A model generated the notes under the pieces. The model ran no database searches. It was not told the origin of the DNA and saw only the letters and a program-made list of their open reading frames with translations. A stretch of DNA of 64,000 nt from Verrucomicrobiota bacterium (GTDB lineage: Bacteria > Verrucomicrobiota > Verrucomicrobiia > Limisphaerales > JAFGQR01), in the NCBI GenBank assembly GCA_016935555.1, contig JAFGQR010000096.1:36551-100550 (forward strand), written 5' to 3'. The position numbers were made by a program, and so were the translations under genes. Positions 35,262-43,881 of this stretch are shown one piece after another. Every line of letters starts with the position of its first letter. Position 1 is the stretch's first letter.

Positions 35262-36011
35262 TCATCCGGCACCGCCGGCACCGGTCATGGGGACGAACCG
35301 GACGGGCAGCACGGCGCGTTGCTCAACCTGCCCGTTGCGTTTTTCGAGCAGGTAAAGTTCCTGGTCGTAGGACGGACCGACGGGGATAATCATGCGGCCG
35401 CCTTCCTTGAGCTGGTCGATCAGCGGCTGCGGGACGCGCTCGGGCGCGCAGGTGACGATCACGGCGTCGAACGGCGCCTTTTCCGGCCAGCCGCGGTAGC
35501 CGTCTCCGGCGCGGACGAAAACGTTGGTGGCGCCGGAGCGTTTGAGGTCGGCGGCGGCGCGTGTGGCGAGCGGCTCGATGATTTCGATGGAATAGACCTC
35601 GCGCACGAGCCGGGCGAGGACGGCGGCCTGATAGCCCGAGCCGGTGCCGATTTCCAGGACGCGGTGGTCGGGCCGGGGCTGGAGTTGTTCGGTCATGAAG
35701 GCCACGATGTAGGGTTGGGAGATGGTCTGGCCATAGCCGATCTGCAGCGGGCCGTCGTCGTACGCCCAGCGCTGCTGGGATTCGGGGACAAACTCGTGCC
35801 GCGGCACCTGTCCCATGGCCTCCAACACCTGCCGGTTCGTGATCCCGCGTCCCGGCCCCGCAAGCTGTTCCGCCACCATTTGAGCCCGCGCCGCGGCGAA
35901 CAGGCTTTCGGGGGGGTCAGGCGTTTCAGGCGTTTTCACATCGGCGATCGGGCTGGAGCCGCACCCGCTGAGTCCGGCGGCCAGCGCGACGTACCCAAGC
36001 AGCATTTTCAT
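35262..36011 (-). CDS. pcm: protein-L-isoaspartate O-methyltransferase (lipoprotein-type N-terminus)
   Basis: GQTISQPYIVAFMTE, VLEIGTGSGYQAAVLA and PFDAVIVTCA. Lipobox AAGLSGC. Internal ATG at 36011 of a longer spurious ORF. Confidence 0.9.
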   Translation of the reverse strand: MKMLLGYVALAAGLSGCGSSPIADVKTPETPDPPESLFAAARAQMVAEQLAGPGRGITNRQVLEAMGQVPRHEFVPESQQRWAYDDGPLQIGYGQTISQPYIVAFMTEQLQPRPDHRVLEIGTGSGYQAAVLARLVREVYSIEIIEPLATRAAADLKRSGATNVFVRAGDGYRGWPEKAPFDAVIVTCAPERVPQPLIDQLKEGGRMIIPVGPSYDQELYLLEKRNGQVEQRAVLPVRFVPMTGAGGAG

Positions 36012-36195
36012 GATGCCGAAAGTAGGAAATCCGCGGCGACGACGCCAGGGGAAAGACACTGGGGCCGGGCGACGGGGCGACGGGGCACGGGCGGATTCGG
36101 CGGTGCGGCGGCGGCGGCCGCGGTTCTGCCCCTCGTGCGCGACGCTCTGGCGACTTGACCTTGCGTGGGCGGGGGCGATTGGCCACACTGCGCTC

Positions 36196-36855
36196 ATGCG
36201 CACGCTGCTGATCCCCTGCGGGTGCCTGCTGGCCTTGGTCCTGGCAGGCAGCCCCGCGCAGACCCAAACCCACCGCTGGGAGAACGCCATCCGCGAGTTC
36301 GAAGCCGCCGACCGGACCCATCCGCCCCCCAGGCACGGGATCCTGTTTGTCGGCAGCTCCAGCATCCGCCTGTGGAAAACCCTGGCCCGGGATTTCGACG
36401 GGCTGCCCGTGATCAACCGCGGATTTGGCGGGTCGGAGCTGGCCGACGCGGTGCGGTATTTCGAGCGGATCGTGGAGCCGCATGCACCCCGCCACATCCT
36501 CCTGTATGCGGGCACGAACGATATCAACGCCGGAAAAGACCCGGAAACGGTGTTTGCGGATTTCAAGGTTTTCGTGGCCAAGGTGCGGGCGGCGCTGCCC
36601 AAGACGCGGGTCAGTTTCATCGCCATTGCGCCAAACCCGGCCCGCTGGGCGAAGGTGGACCTGTTCCGGCGCGCCAACGCGCTGGTGCAGGCCTATTGCG
36701 CCGGCGACCCGCAGCTGGAATTCATCGACGTGTTCACCCCAATGCTCGGCGCCAACGGCCTCCCGAAGGCGGGCATCTACAGCCCCGACCGATTGCACAT
36801 GAACGCGGAGGGCTACGCGCTCTGGACGCGGATCATCCAGCCCCGCCTCAAGTAA
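36196..36855 (+). CDS. secreted SGNH/GDSL-family hydrolase
   Basis: Block I ILFVGSSSI, block II GFGGS, block III YAGTNDI, block V DRLHMNAEGY. Signal peptide at the internal ATG 36196. Confidence 0.8.
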   Translation: MRTLLIPCGCLLALVLAGSPAQTQTHRWENAIREFEAADRTHPPPRHGILFVGSSSIRLWKTLARDFDGLPVINRGFGGSELADAVRYFERIVEPHAPRHILLYAGTNDINAGKDPETVFADFKVFVAKVRAALPKTRVSFIAIAPNPARWAKVDLFRRANALVQAYCAGDPQLEFIDVFTPMLGANGLPKAGIYSPDRLHMNAEGYALWTRIIQPRLK

Positions 36856-36984
36856 ACCGGCCTGCCCCGCCTTGTCGCCGCCATCCCCTCCCCCGCTCCT
36901 CCCGCCCGCTCCGAGGCGCGAAGGAAAAGAGGTCGCGCCCGCCGCGCCGCCGCCGCAGAACACGCCCCCGGGGCGTGGCCCTGA

Positions 36985-37545
36985 TCACCTGTCCAAGGGG
37001 CGCGCCGCGATCCACACCAGCGCGATCAACGCCACATACAATGCCGCCAGCACGTCGTCCGCCGTCACACCCCAGCCGCCCGGCAGCCGCTGGCTTTGAC
37101 GCACCGGCCAGGGCTTCAGAACGTCAAACGCCCGGAACAGGACGAACAAGGCTGCGACGGCGGCCAGGTGGGACAGGCTGAAGAACTCGCGCGTTTCGGG
37201 GAAACCTCCTTGCGGGCCGCCGGGGAACATCAGCCACGGCAAAAAACAAACCGGCAGCGCGGCGATCTCATCCAGCACCACGGACCCCGGGTCGGTCTGG
37301 TGGAGGATCTTCTCGGCGGCACCGCACAACCACACGGACACCGCCAGGCCCGCAACCGTCCCGGCCACGCAAGCCCACAAGCTGCCGGTCTCCACCAGCA
37401 GCCCAACCCATATCAGACCCCCCAAAGAACCGAATGTGCCCGGAGCGACCGGCACGCGGCCCAGCCCGAAACCCTGGGCCGCCCAAACGATCAGGCCGGA
37501 CCCGCCGCGGCGTGCCGGGCTGGAGTTGGGGGGATCAAGTCTCAT
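36985..37545 (-). CDS. pgpA: phosphatidylglycerophosphatase A
   Basis: GLGRVPVAPGTFGSL, DPGSVVLDEIA, FRAFDVLKPWP and GGWGVTADDVLAALY. Confidence 0.88.
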   Translation of the reverse strand: MRLDPPNSSPARRGGSGLIVWAAQGFGLGRVPVAPGTFGSLGGLIWVGLLVETGSLWACVAGTVAGLAVSVWLCGAAEKILHQTDPGSVVLDEIAALPVCFLPWLMFPGGPQGGFPETREFFSLSHLAAVAALFVLFRAFDVLKPWPVRQSQRLPGGWGVTADDVLAALYVALIALVWIAARPLDR

Positions 37546-37662
37546 GCCGGGCCGGCGTGCCGCGACACGCGTTGCCCTCCGGGGTCAAACGATCCCGGGG
37601 GCCGTCCCGGGATCCCTTGCGGCGGCGCGTGCGCTGCTGTTTGGGGGGGCAGGGTTTGGGGA

Positions 37663-38253
37663 CTAGATGTCCTGCAAATAGATGGCGCGGTTTTTCCACA
37701 GGTAGAGCCACCCGGAAACGAACGTGAGCAGGACGGCCAGCCATTTGGCGATCTCGGTAAACCACCAGACCCAAGGCTTGTCGAAGACCTGGAAGCCGAA
37801 CACCAGCCGGCCGGCGCCGCCCCATTGGGGGTAGCTGACCAGCACGAGGACGGCGATGATGGCCACGATCTGGGTGACGGTCTTGTGTTTGCCGTAGCCT
37901 TCCGCGGCGAGCACGACCTGCTTGTTGGCGGCCAGCAACCGCAGCCCGGTGATCGCCAGCTCCCGGGCCACAATGACGGTCGTCATCCATGCCGCCATCT
38001 GGTTCTCGCCCACAAACGCAATGAACGCCGAGCAGGTGAGAATCTTGTCCGCCAGCGGATCCATGAGAATCCCGAAATCCGTGATCAGCTTGTGCCGGCG
38101 GGCAATCCGGCCGTCCAGCAGATCGGTCACGCTGGCCACCACAAACAGCGCCAGCGCGACGGTTTCGTGGTAGGCAAACGGACTGAACAATGCCGCCAGA
38201 AACGCAAGGGTCAACACGAACCGGGACACCGTCAGTTTGTTGGGCAGATTCAT
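37663..38253 (-). CDS. pgsA: CDP-diacylglycerol--glycerol-3-phosphate 3-phosphatidyltransferase
   Basis: NLPNKLTVSRF and the CDP-alcohol phosphotransferase motif DLLDGRIARRHKLITDFGILMDPLADK. Internal ATG at 38253. Confidence 0.92.
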   Translation of the reverse strand: MNLPNKLTVSRFVLTLAFLAALFSPFAYHETVALALFVVASVTDLLDGRIARRHKLITDFGILMDPLADKILTCSAFIAFVGENQMAAWMTTVIVARELAITGLRLLAANKQVVLAAEGYGKHKTVTQIVAIIAVLVLVSYPQWGGAGRLVFGFQVFDKPWVWWFTEIAKWLAVLLTFVSGWLYLWKNRAIYLQDI

Positions 38254-38508
38254 TGGTCGTTCTGTGCCGTCATGGCCGCCATGCACACCGCGCCGCCGGA
38301 CCGTCAACGCGGCCCGTTCTACCGTGTCCCGCCCCGCTTGCCAAGACCACAGATGAACGGCCAGACCAACACCGCCAACCCCGACTTTCGCCGACACCCG
38401 ATCCGCGCGGAGTTGCCCCGCCGGCGTGCCGACCTGCCCGGCCGCGGACAGCATGTCCGCTCTCGCAGCGTGTTGCCCCGCCCTGCCTTCGGCGCGGCCG
38501 CGCCCCGC

Positions 38509-40083
38509 TCATCGAGCCCCGTCCCGTCCCGCGCCCCGGACAGGCTCGGCGAACAGATCGTAGTCGGAATGGCCCACAACCCTGACCTGCGCGAATTGAC
38601 CGATGGGCAGACGCGCGCGGATGTACACCCTGCCGTCAATGTCCGGCGCGTCCGCCTCGGAACGGGCGACGACGCCGCCGGGGCAGCGCGGACACGGGAG
38701 GCTGGAGGCCGCGTCGCGGCTCAGGCCATGTTCGCCCGAGAGCGCTTCTGCCGGCCCGGCGGGCTGCCCGCCCGCATTCTGGTCCACCAACACCTTGAGC
38801 GTGCGCCCCACGTATGCGCGGGCAATGTCGCGGGCGACGGCTTGTTGGGCGGCCATGAGTTGCTCCCGCCGGCGGTGGCGCACCCGGAGGGGCACCTGGC
38901 CGGTCATGGCGCCGGCCGCCGTGCCGGCTTCGCGGGAATACGCAAACACGCCCAGGCGCTCGAACCGGGTTTCGCGGATGAACTCGAGCAGCCGCTCGAA
39001 ACAGGCCCGGGTCTCGCCCGGAAACCCCACAAGGAAGGTCGTCCGCAGCGTCAGCCCGGGAATGCCCGCGCGCAGACGCCGGATGAGGTCGACGACATGG
39101 GCGGCGGAGGTTTCCCGGCGCATGCGTTCGAGCATCAGGGGGGCCACATGCTGGAGCGGCAGATCGACATACCGGGCCACTTTCGGACACGCGGCAATGG
39201 TGTCGATGAGTTCGTCGGTCCAGTGGGCCGGGTGGGTGTAAAGGAGGCGAATCCAAAAATCGCCCGGCAGCGCGTTCAACTCGCGCAGCAAACCCGCCAG
39301 CGTGGCCGCCCCCGCCGGCAAGCGGCGCGTCGCCGCCCCGAATCGGTCCGGCGAGGCGATCGTCCCGCGGCGGTCGGGACGCCGGTCCAGCCCGTAATAG
39401 GTCGTGTCCTGGGATACCAGGTTCAACTCCCGGGCACCCCCCTCCAGCAACTGCCGCGCCTCGGCGACGACGTCGGCCTGGTCCCGGCTCCGATGGCTGC
39501 CGCGGATGCGCGGGATGAGACAGAAGCTGCACGGGTGATTGCAGCCTTCGGCGATCTTCAGGTAGGCATAATGCGCCGGGGTGAGCCGAAACCGCGGCGA
39601 CGCGCAGTCGTGAATGAAGGAAGGCCGCCGGTGAACCGCGACCCGCGGGGCGGGCGCCGCCGCGGCAGACCGGCGCCCCAAAGCGGTTCGGCGCATGCGC
39701 CGTTGGAGAGCGGCGCGGACGATGGCGGGCGCCTGGGCGACCTGGTCGACGCCCATGAACGCGTCCACCTCGGGGAGCAGCTCCGGCAGCTGGTCACCGA
39801 ACCGCTGGGGGAGGCAGCCGGCCACGATGAGCGCCTGCAAGGGCCGCTGCGCCTCGATGCCCGCCCCCGCTTCAAGAATCGCGTCGACGCTTTCCTCCTG
39901 GGCCGCATCGATGAACGCGCACGTGTTGATAATCAGCGCGTCGGCCAGGGCGGCGTCGGCGGCAACCTCCATGCCCGACCCCACAAGCGCCCCGAGCATC
40001 AACTCGGCATCCACGAGATTCTTGGCGCAGCCGAGCGAAATCAGCGCGACACGGAGAGGACGTTGGCCTGCAGTGCGCATCAT
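38509..40083 (-). CDS. rimO: ribosomal protein S12 methylthiotransferase RimO (MiaB family)
   Basis: N-terminal VALISLGCAKNLVDAE, radical SAM CNHPCSFC, and a C-terminal TRAM-like region. It contains several low-complexity inserts. Confidence 0.85.
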   Translation of the reverse strand: MMRTAGQRPLRVALISLGCAKNLVDAELMLGALVGSGMEVAADAALADALIINTCAFIDAAQEESVDAILEAGAGIEAQRPLQALIVAGCLPQRFGDQLPELLPEVDAFMGVDQVAQAPAIVRAALQRRMRRTALGRRSAAAAPAPRVAVHRRPSFIHDCASPRFRLTPAHYAYLKIAEGCNHPCSFCLIPRIRGSHRSRDQADVVAEARQLLEGGARELNLVSQDTTYYGLDRRPDRRGTIASPDRFGAATRRLPAGAATLAGLLRELNALPGDFWIRLLYTHPAHWTDELIDTIAACPKVARYVDLPLQHVAPLMLERMRRETSAAHVVDLIRRLRAGIPGLTLRTTFLVGFPGETRACFERLLEFIRETRFERLGVFAYSREAGTAAGAMTGQVPLRVRHRRREQLMAAQQAVARDIARAYVGRTLKVLVDQNAGGQPAGPAEALSGEHGLSRDAASSLPCPRCPGGVVARSEADAPDIDGRVYIRARLPIGQFAQVRVVGHSDYDLFAEPVRGAGRDGAR

Positions 40084-40101
40084 CCCAAGCTGCCGCGTCC
40101 C

Positions 40102-40443
40102 TCAGTCAAACCACTCGTCCTGCGGGTCAAAGGCGGGAATGGGGATGTTGATCAGGCGCAGCCGGCCGATGGCCCGGTGCCGGCACCCGGGGCGGATGTA
40201 GACGGCGGTCATGGGCCGGAGCGGGTGGCGCTCGCCGTCGAGTTCAATCTCGCCCTCGCCCTCGAGCACCAGGTAGATCTCCGTCATCCGCCGGTGATAA
40301 TGCGTTTGCGAATCCTCCTCGATCGCGACCAGGTGCAGGCTGGCCGCGTTATCGCGCGCGTCCGCAAACGCCCGCCGCGCCCAACCGCACGGACACCGGG
40401 TCGCGGCGAGCTCATCCAATTGGGCGATCATGAAATTGCTCAT
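40102..40443 (-). CDS. cupin domain protein
   Basis: 113 aa. HYHRRMTEIYLVLEGEGEIELDG ... IRPGCRHRA (cupin motifs 1 and 2). Confidence 0.8.
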   Translation of the reverse strand: MSNFMIAQLDELAATRCPCGWARRAFADARDNAASLHLVAIEEDSQTHYHRRMTEIYLVLEGEGEIELDGERHPLRPMTAVYIRPGCRHRAIGRLRLINIPIPAFDPQDEWFD

Positions 40444-40509
40444 GGCAAACCTGTTCCCTCCGGGCGCCCCCCGGCTGCCGCGCCTTGGCCTCCGGGTCGA
40501 TGACGCAGG

Positions 40510-41028
40510 CTAGGTCGTCTGCGGCTGGGTCCGCACAGGCGCGGGAGCCGGCGCCGGCTCCGGCGCGGGGCGCGGCTCCGCACGCGGCCCGGGCGCCGCG
40601 GCGGCGGGAGCGCCGGCTGCGTCCGGCGTCGCGCGCATGCGGCCCGCGAAGTGGCGGAGGACCTGGAGCAGTTCGCCTTTGCCAACCTTGCTCTCGACAT
40701 ATTGCTTGACGGTCGAACTCAATATGCGGGCTTCGACCGGCGCCAGGTTCCTGCCAGGGCCTTCCACCAGCGTGCGGGCAACGCCCGAGAACGTGTTCAA
40801 ATTCAGATACCGGAACGGCGCCTGCCGAATGCACTCGCGCAGCGTGTCCAGCGCCTTCGGCAAATCCGTCTCCTGCGCCGCCATGGTCTCCCACAGCTTG
40901 CGCACTTCCTCGTGGCGCTCCGCCCGGACTTCATGCGGCACAGCCGCCGCCTCGCACAACGTCGCGTTCAACGCCACAATTGTCTCCCACGAAACCGTCT
41001 CGAGCCATTTTCGAGATTGCGCACTCAC
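40510..41028 (-). CDS. hypothetical protein with Pro/Ala-rich tail
   Basis: 172-aa ORF with a GTG start. Balanced, non-junk composition in the first ~130 aa (MSAQSRKWLETVSWETIVALNATL...). No recognisable motif. It heads the cupin-rimO-pgsA-pgpA gene string. Confidence 0.5.
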   Translation of the reverse strand: MSAQSRKWLETVSWETIVALNATLCEAAAVPHEVRAERHEEVRKLWETMAAQETDLPKALDTLRECIRQAPFRYLNLNTFSGVARTLVEGPGRNLAPVEARILSSTVKQYVESKVGKGELLQVLRHFAGRMRATPDAAGAPAAAAPGPRAEPRPAPEPAPAPAPVRTQPQTT

Positions 41029-41321
41029 AATGTTTGCGGGTTCAAGTCACACTCCGATCCCAGGCGGTCGCCCCGCCAAAACCCGGGCCGCGCGCGGCGA
41101 GCCCTGTTCCCGGCTTCGCGCCCGGAAGCGACGCTGCATGCTCCTGCGCCTTGTATGGATTGCCAAGCCATTGCGGCGATAATGTACGGATTCCTTGCCT
41201 CCGGGTCAATCCCGCGTTGCAACCCGCGCTCGGGCAGCATGCTGCACATTGACTTCGAAGCCCCCGGGATGGAGGATGGGCGCGACGAAGACCGGAGGCC
41301 GCCCTCCGCGGTAACGTGTGT

Positions 41322-42056
41322 ATGCCGTATCGAGTGTTCAATGCCGACGAAGTCGCCCAGTATCTGCACCTGACCCGTGCGGACATCGACGCGCTGGTCA
41401 AAGACCACGCCATCCCCTTCCACACGCGGGGCAACCGCGTGGTGTTCTACCGCCAGGAAATCGATGCCTGGGCCTCCCAACGCATCCTCGGAATGCAGGG
41501 CCCGCGCTTGACCGAATACCACCGGCAATCCGCCCGCGGCACCCGCGAACTCTTCCCCAACGAAGCCGTCCTCCCCGAGTTGCTCCAGCCCCAGTTCATC
41601 GCCCCCGCCCTCGCCGCCAAAACCAAAGCGTCCGTCCTGCGCGAAATGGTGGCCCTGGCCGAATCCACCGGGCGCGTGAACGGCCCCCGGGAGCTGCTGC
41701 AAAGCCTGCTGCAACGCGAGGAGCTTTGCTCGACCGGATTGCCCGGCGGCCTCGCCCTCCTGCACCCCCGCCACCACGAACCCTACATGTTCGAAGCCTC
41801 CTTCATCGCCCTCGGCCGCACCCTCCAGGAAATCCCCTTCGGCGCGCCCGACCGCCAAGCCACCGATCTGTTCTTCCTCATCTGCTGCCAGGACGACCGA
41901 ATCCACCTCCACACCCTCGCCCGCATCTGCCTGCTCGCCCACGCCGGCAACGTCCTGCCCAGCCTGCGCCAAGCCCCCGACGCCAGCGCCATGTTCGAGT
42001 GCATCATCGCCGCCGAACGCGACATCCTCCGGAACAAACGCCAAAGCGGCGCCTAG
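41322..42056 (+). CDS. HTH (excisionase/MerR-like) domain fused to a PTS EIIA(Ntr)-type domain
   Basis: N-terminus FNADEVAQYLHLTRADIDALVKDHAIPFHTRGNRVVFYRQEIDAW. The C-terminal EIIA type-2 domain has the conserved His region GLPGGLALLHPRH and LFFLICC. ATG at 41322; the track start at 41316 is GTG. Confidence 0.82.
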   Translation: MPYRVFNADEVAQYLHLTRADIDALVKDHAIPFHTRGNRVVFYRQEIDAWASQRILGMQGPRLTEYHRQSARGTRELFPNEAVLPELLQPQFIAPALAAKTKASVLREMVALAESTGRVNGPRELLQSLLQREELCSTGLPGGLALLHPRHHEPYMFEASFIALGRTLQEIPFGAPDRQATDLFFLICCQDDRIHLHTLARICLLAHAGNVLPSLRQAPDASAMFECIIAAERDILRNKRQSGA

Positions 42057-42098
42057 CCTGCATTTCTCACCAGGTTCCCGGGTAGAAATGCGGGCTAG
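42053..42098. repeat. REP-like long hairpin, family B, between convergent genes
   Basis: CTAGCC TGCATTTCTCACCAGGTTCCCGGGTAGAAATGC GGGCTAG. It overlaps the EIIA stop codon and ends 5 nt from the der stop. 35/40 identical to 44475-44514. Confidence 0.75.
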
Positions 42099-42103
42099 CC
42101 CGC

Positions 42104-43561
42104 TCACCGGGCCGCCGCCTCACCGGCCTTCTGCGGACGCGACTTCGCCACCAGCACCAGCGGACACCCCTCGTAACCAAATGCCTGGCGCAGCTCGCGC
42201 GTCAGGTATTTCCGGTATGGTTCCGAAAAAAGCTCCTTCCGGTTCACAAACAGCAGAAACGTCGGCGGCGCCAACTGCACCTGCGTCGCGTAAAAGAACT
42301 TCAACCGCTGCCCCGATCCGCTGGCCGGCTGACGCCGCTCCACCGCCGCGTGCAGCGTCCGGTTCAACACGGCGGTGGGAACAACCTGCCGCAGCTGCGC
42401 CGTCACATACCGGATCGCCTCCAGCAAACGGCCCAGGTTGCAGCCCGATTTCGCCGACGTGAAAATCACCGGCGCGTAATCGAGAAAAAACAGCTGCCGC
42501 TGCACCCACATCCCAAATTCCTGCAGCGAATCCGCACCCGCCCCCCCGGACCCGCGGAACCCCCGCCGGGACCGTCCCGCCTCCGCGCGAGCCCGGCGCA
42601 GACCCGGCTCGACCAAGTCCCACTTGTTCACCACCAGAATGCACGCCTTGCGATTCTCCACAATCCGGTCGCAGATCTTCTTGTCCTGCTCCGCAATCCC
42701 CTGCTCGGCGTCCAACACCAGCACCGTCAGGTCCGCCCGCGCAATCGAATCCTCCGCCCGTTTCACGCTGAAAAACTCGATCGAATCGCCCACCCGCCGC
42801 GCCTTGCGCATCCCGGCCGTGTCGATCAGCACATACGCCTGCCGCGCCCCGTCCGTCTCCACCTCGAACGGCACGTCCACCGCGTCGCGCGTCGTCCCGG
42901 GAACCTCGCTCACAATCACCCGCTCCGATTCCGTCAACGCGTTGATCAACGACGACTTCCCCACATTCGGCCGCCCCACAATCGCCAGCTGCACCGGCCG
43001 CGCCTGCCCGCCCCCACCCGAAGCCGCCCCCGGCCCGGACGCCTCGGACGGCGACGCGGGCAGATGCGCTATCACCCTTTGCATCAGGCTGCGGATGCCG
43101 CGGTCGTGAATCGCCGCCACCGGCTGGATCGCCTCGAACCCAAGCTCGGCAAACTCGGCAGCGCCCACCTCCAACGCCGGCGTGTCCGCCTTGTTGACGG
43201 CCACAATCACAGGCTTGCCGCAGCGCTGCAAACGCGCCGCCACCTCGCGATCCAACGGCACAACGCCCTCCGTCAGATCCACCACAAACAAAATCAAATC
43301 CGCCGCGTCAATCGCCACCTGCACCTGACGTAACGCCGCCTGCACAATCGCGTCCCCGGCCTTCTCCCCCTTCAACAACCCCAAACCCCCCGTGTCCACC
43401 AGCGTGAACGAATGCCCCCGCCATTCCGCCTCCGCGCTGATCCGGTCCCGCGTCACCCCGGGCTCATCATGCACAATCGCTATCCGCCGGCCCACAATCC
43501 GGTTGAACAACGCCGATTTCCCCACATTCGGCCGCCCCACAATCGCAATCACACCCGACAT
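42104..43561 (-). CDS. der: ribosome-biogenesis GTPase Der (EngA)
   Basis: Two G domains (IVGRPNVGKSALFN; IVGRPNVGKSSLIN) and a KH-like C-terminus. Internal ATG at 43561. Confidence 0.93.
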   Translation of the reverse strand: MSGVIAIVGRPNVGKSALFNRIVGRRIAIVHDEPGVTRDRISAEAEWRGHSFTLVDTGGLGLLKGEKAGDAIVQAALRQVQVAIDAADLILFVVDLTEGVVPLDREVAARLQRCGKPVIVAVNKADTPALEVGAAEFAELGFEAIQPVAAIHDRGIRSLMQRVIAHLPASPSEASGPGAASGGGGQARPVQLAIVGRPNVGKSSLINALTESERVIVSEVPGTTRDAVDVPFEVETDGARQAYVLIDTAGMRKARRVGDSIEFFSVKRAEDSIARADLTVLVLDAEQGIAEQDKKICDRIVENRKACILVVNKWDLVEPGLRRARAEAGRSRRGFRGSGGAGADSLQEFGMWVQRQLFFLDYAPVIFTSAKSGCNLGRLLEAIRYVTAQLRQVVPTAVLNRTLHAAVERRQPASGSGQRLKFFYATQVQLAPPTFLLFVNRKELFSEPYRKYLTRELRQAFGYEGCPLVLVAKSRPQKAGEAAAR

Positions 43562-43650
43562 GCCCCCACCATGCCCGCCCCACCCCCCGCCGCAAAGCCA
43601 ATTCCCGCAGCCACACACAACCCGCCGCCGCCGATTCCATCGGCCCAACT

Positions 43651-43748
43651 CCTTCCCATGAACCGCGCATGGGCTGCCGAAGGGCCCAATTGAAAATTTG
43701 CAATTCCCAATTTTCAATTTTCAATTGTGCCATGTCGACGGCGGTTCA
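43651..43748. repeat. 98-bp AT-rich palindromic element, copy 1
   Basis: CCTTCCCATGAACCGCGCATGGGCTGCCGAAGGGCCCAATTGAAAATTTGCAATTCCCAATTTTCAATTTTCAATTGTGCCATGTCGACGGCGGTTCA; 96/98 identical to copy 2. Confidence 0.9.
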
Positions 43749-43783
43749 AGGCCTCGATTCACGTCCGAATTTTGGAGGTGTTC

Positions 43784-43881
43784 CCTTCCCATGAACCGCG
43801 CATGGGCTGCCGAAGGGTCCAATTGAAAATTTTCAATTCCCAATTTTCAATTTTCAATTGTGCCATGTCGACGGCGGTTCA
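43784..43881. repeat. 98-bp AT-rich palindromic element, copy 2
   Basis: Same sequence as copy 1 except C>T and G>T. Separated from copy 1 by a 35-nt spacer (period 133 bp). Confidence 0.9.

Noticed and set aside
37096-40503. 1135-aa plus-strand ORF spanning pgpA, pgsA, rimO and the cupin gene in antisense
   Set aside because: It crosses four independently recognisable minus-strand genes and their intergenic gaps. The translation is low-complexity R/G/P/A-rich.
41029-41321. Sigma-70 promoter in the divergent region between the hypothetical gene and HTH-EIIA (GATAAT at 41178-41183)
   Set aside because: No acceptable -35 hexamer lies at 16-18 nt spacing (TTGCCA is 12 nt away and TTGTAT is 21 nt away), so there is no supportable call.
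43651-43881. Possible CRISPR array or leader (repeated units with a spacer)
   Set aside because: Only two copies are present. The units are 98 bp, far longer than CRISPR repeats. The spacer is 35 nt but single, and no cas genes are in the window.
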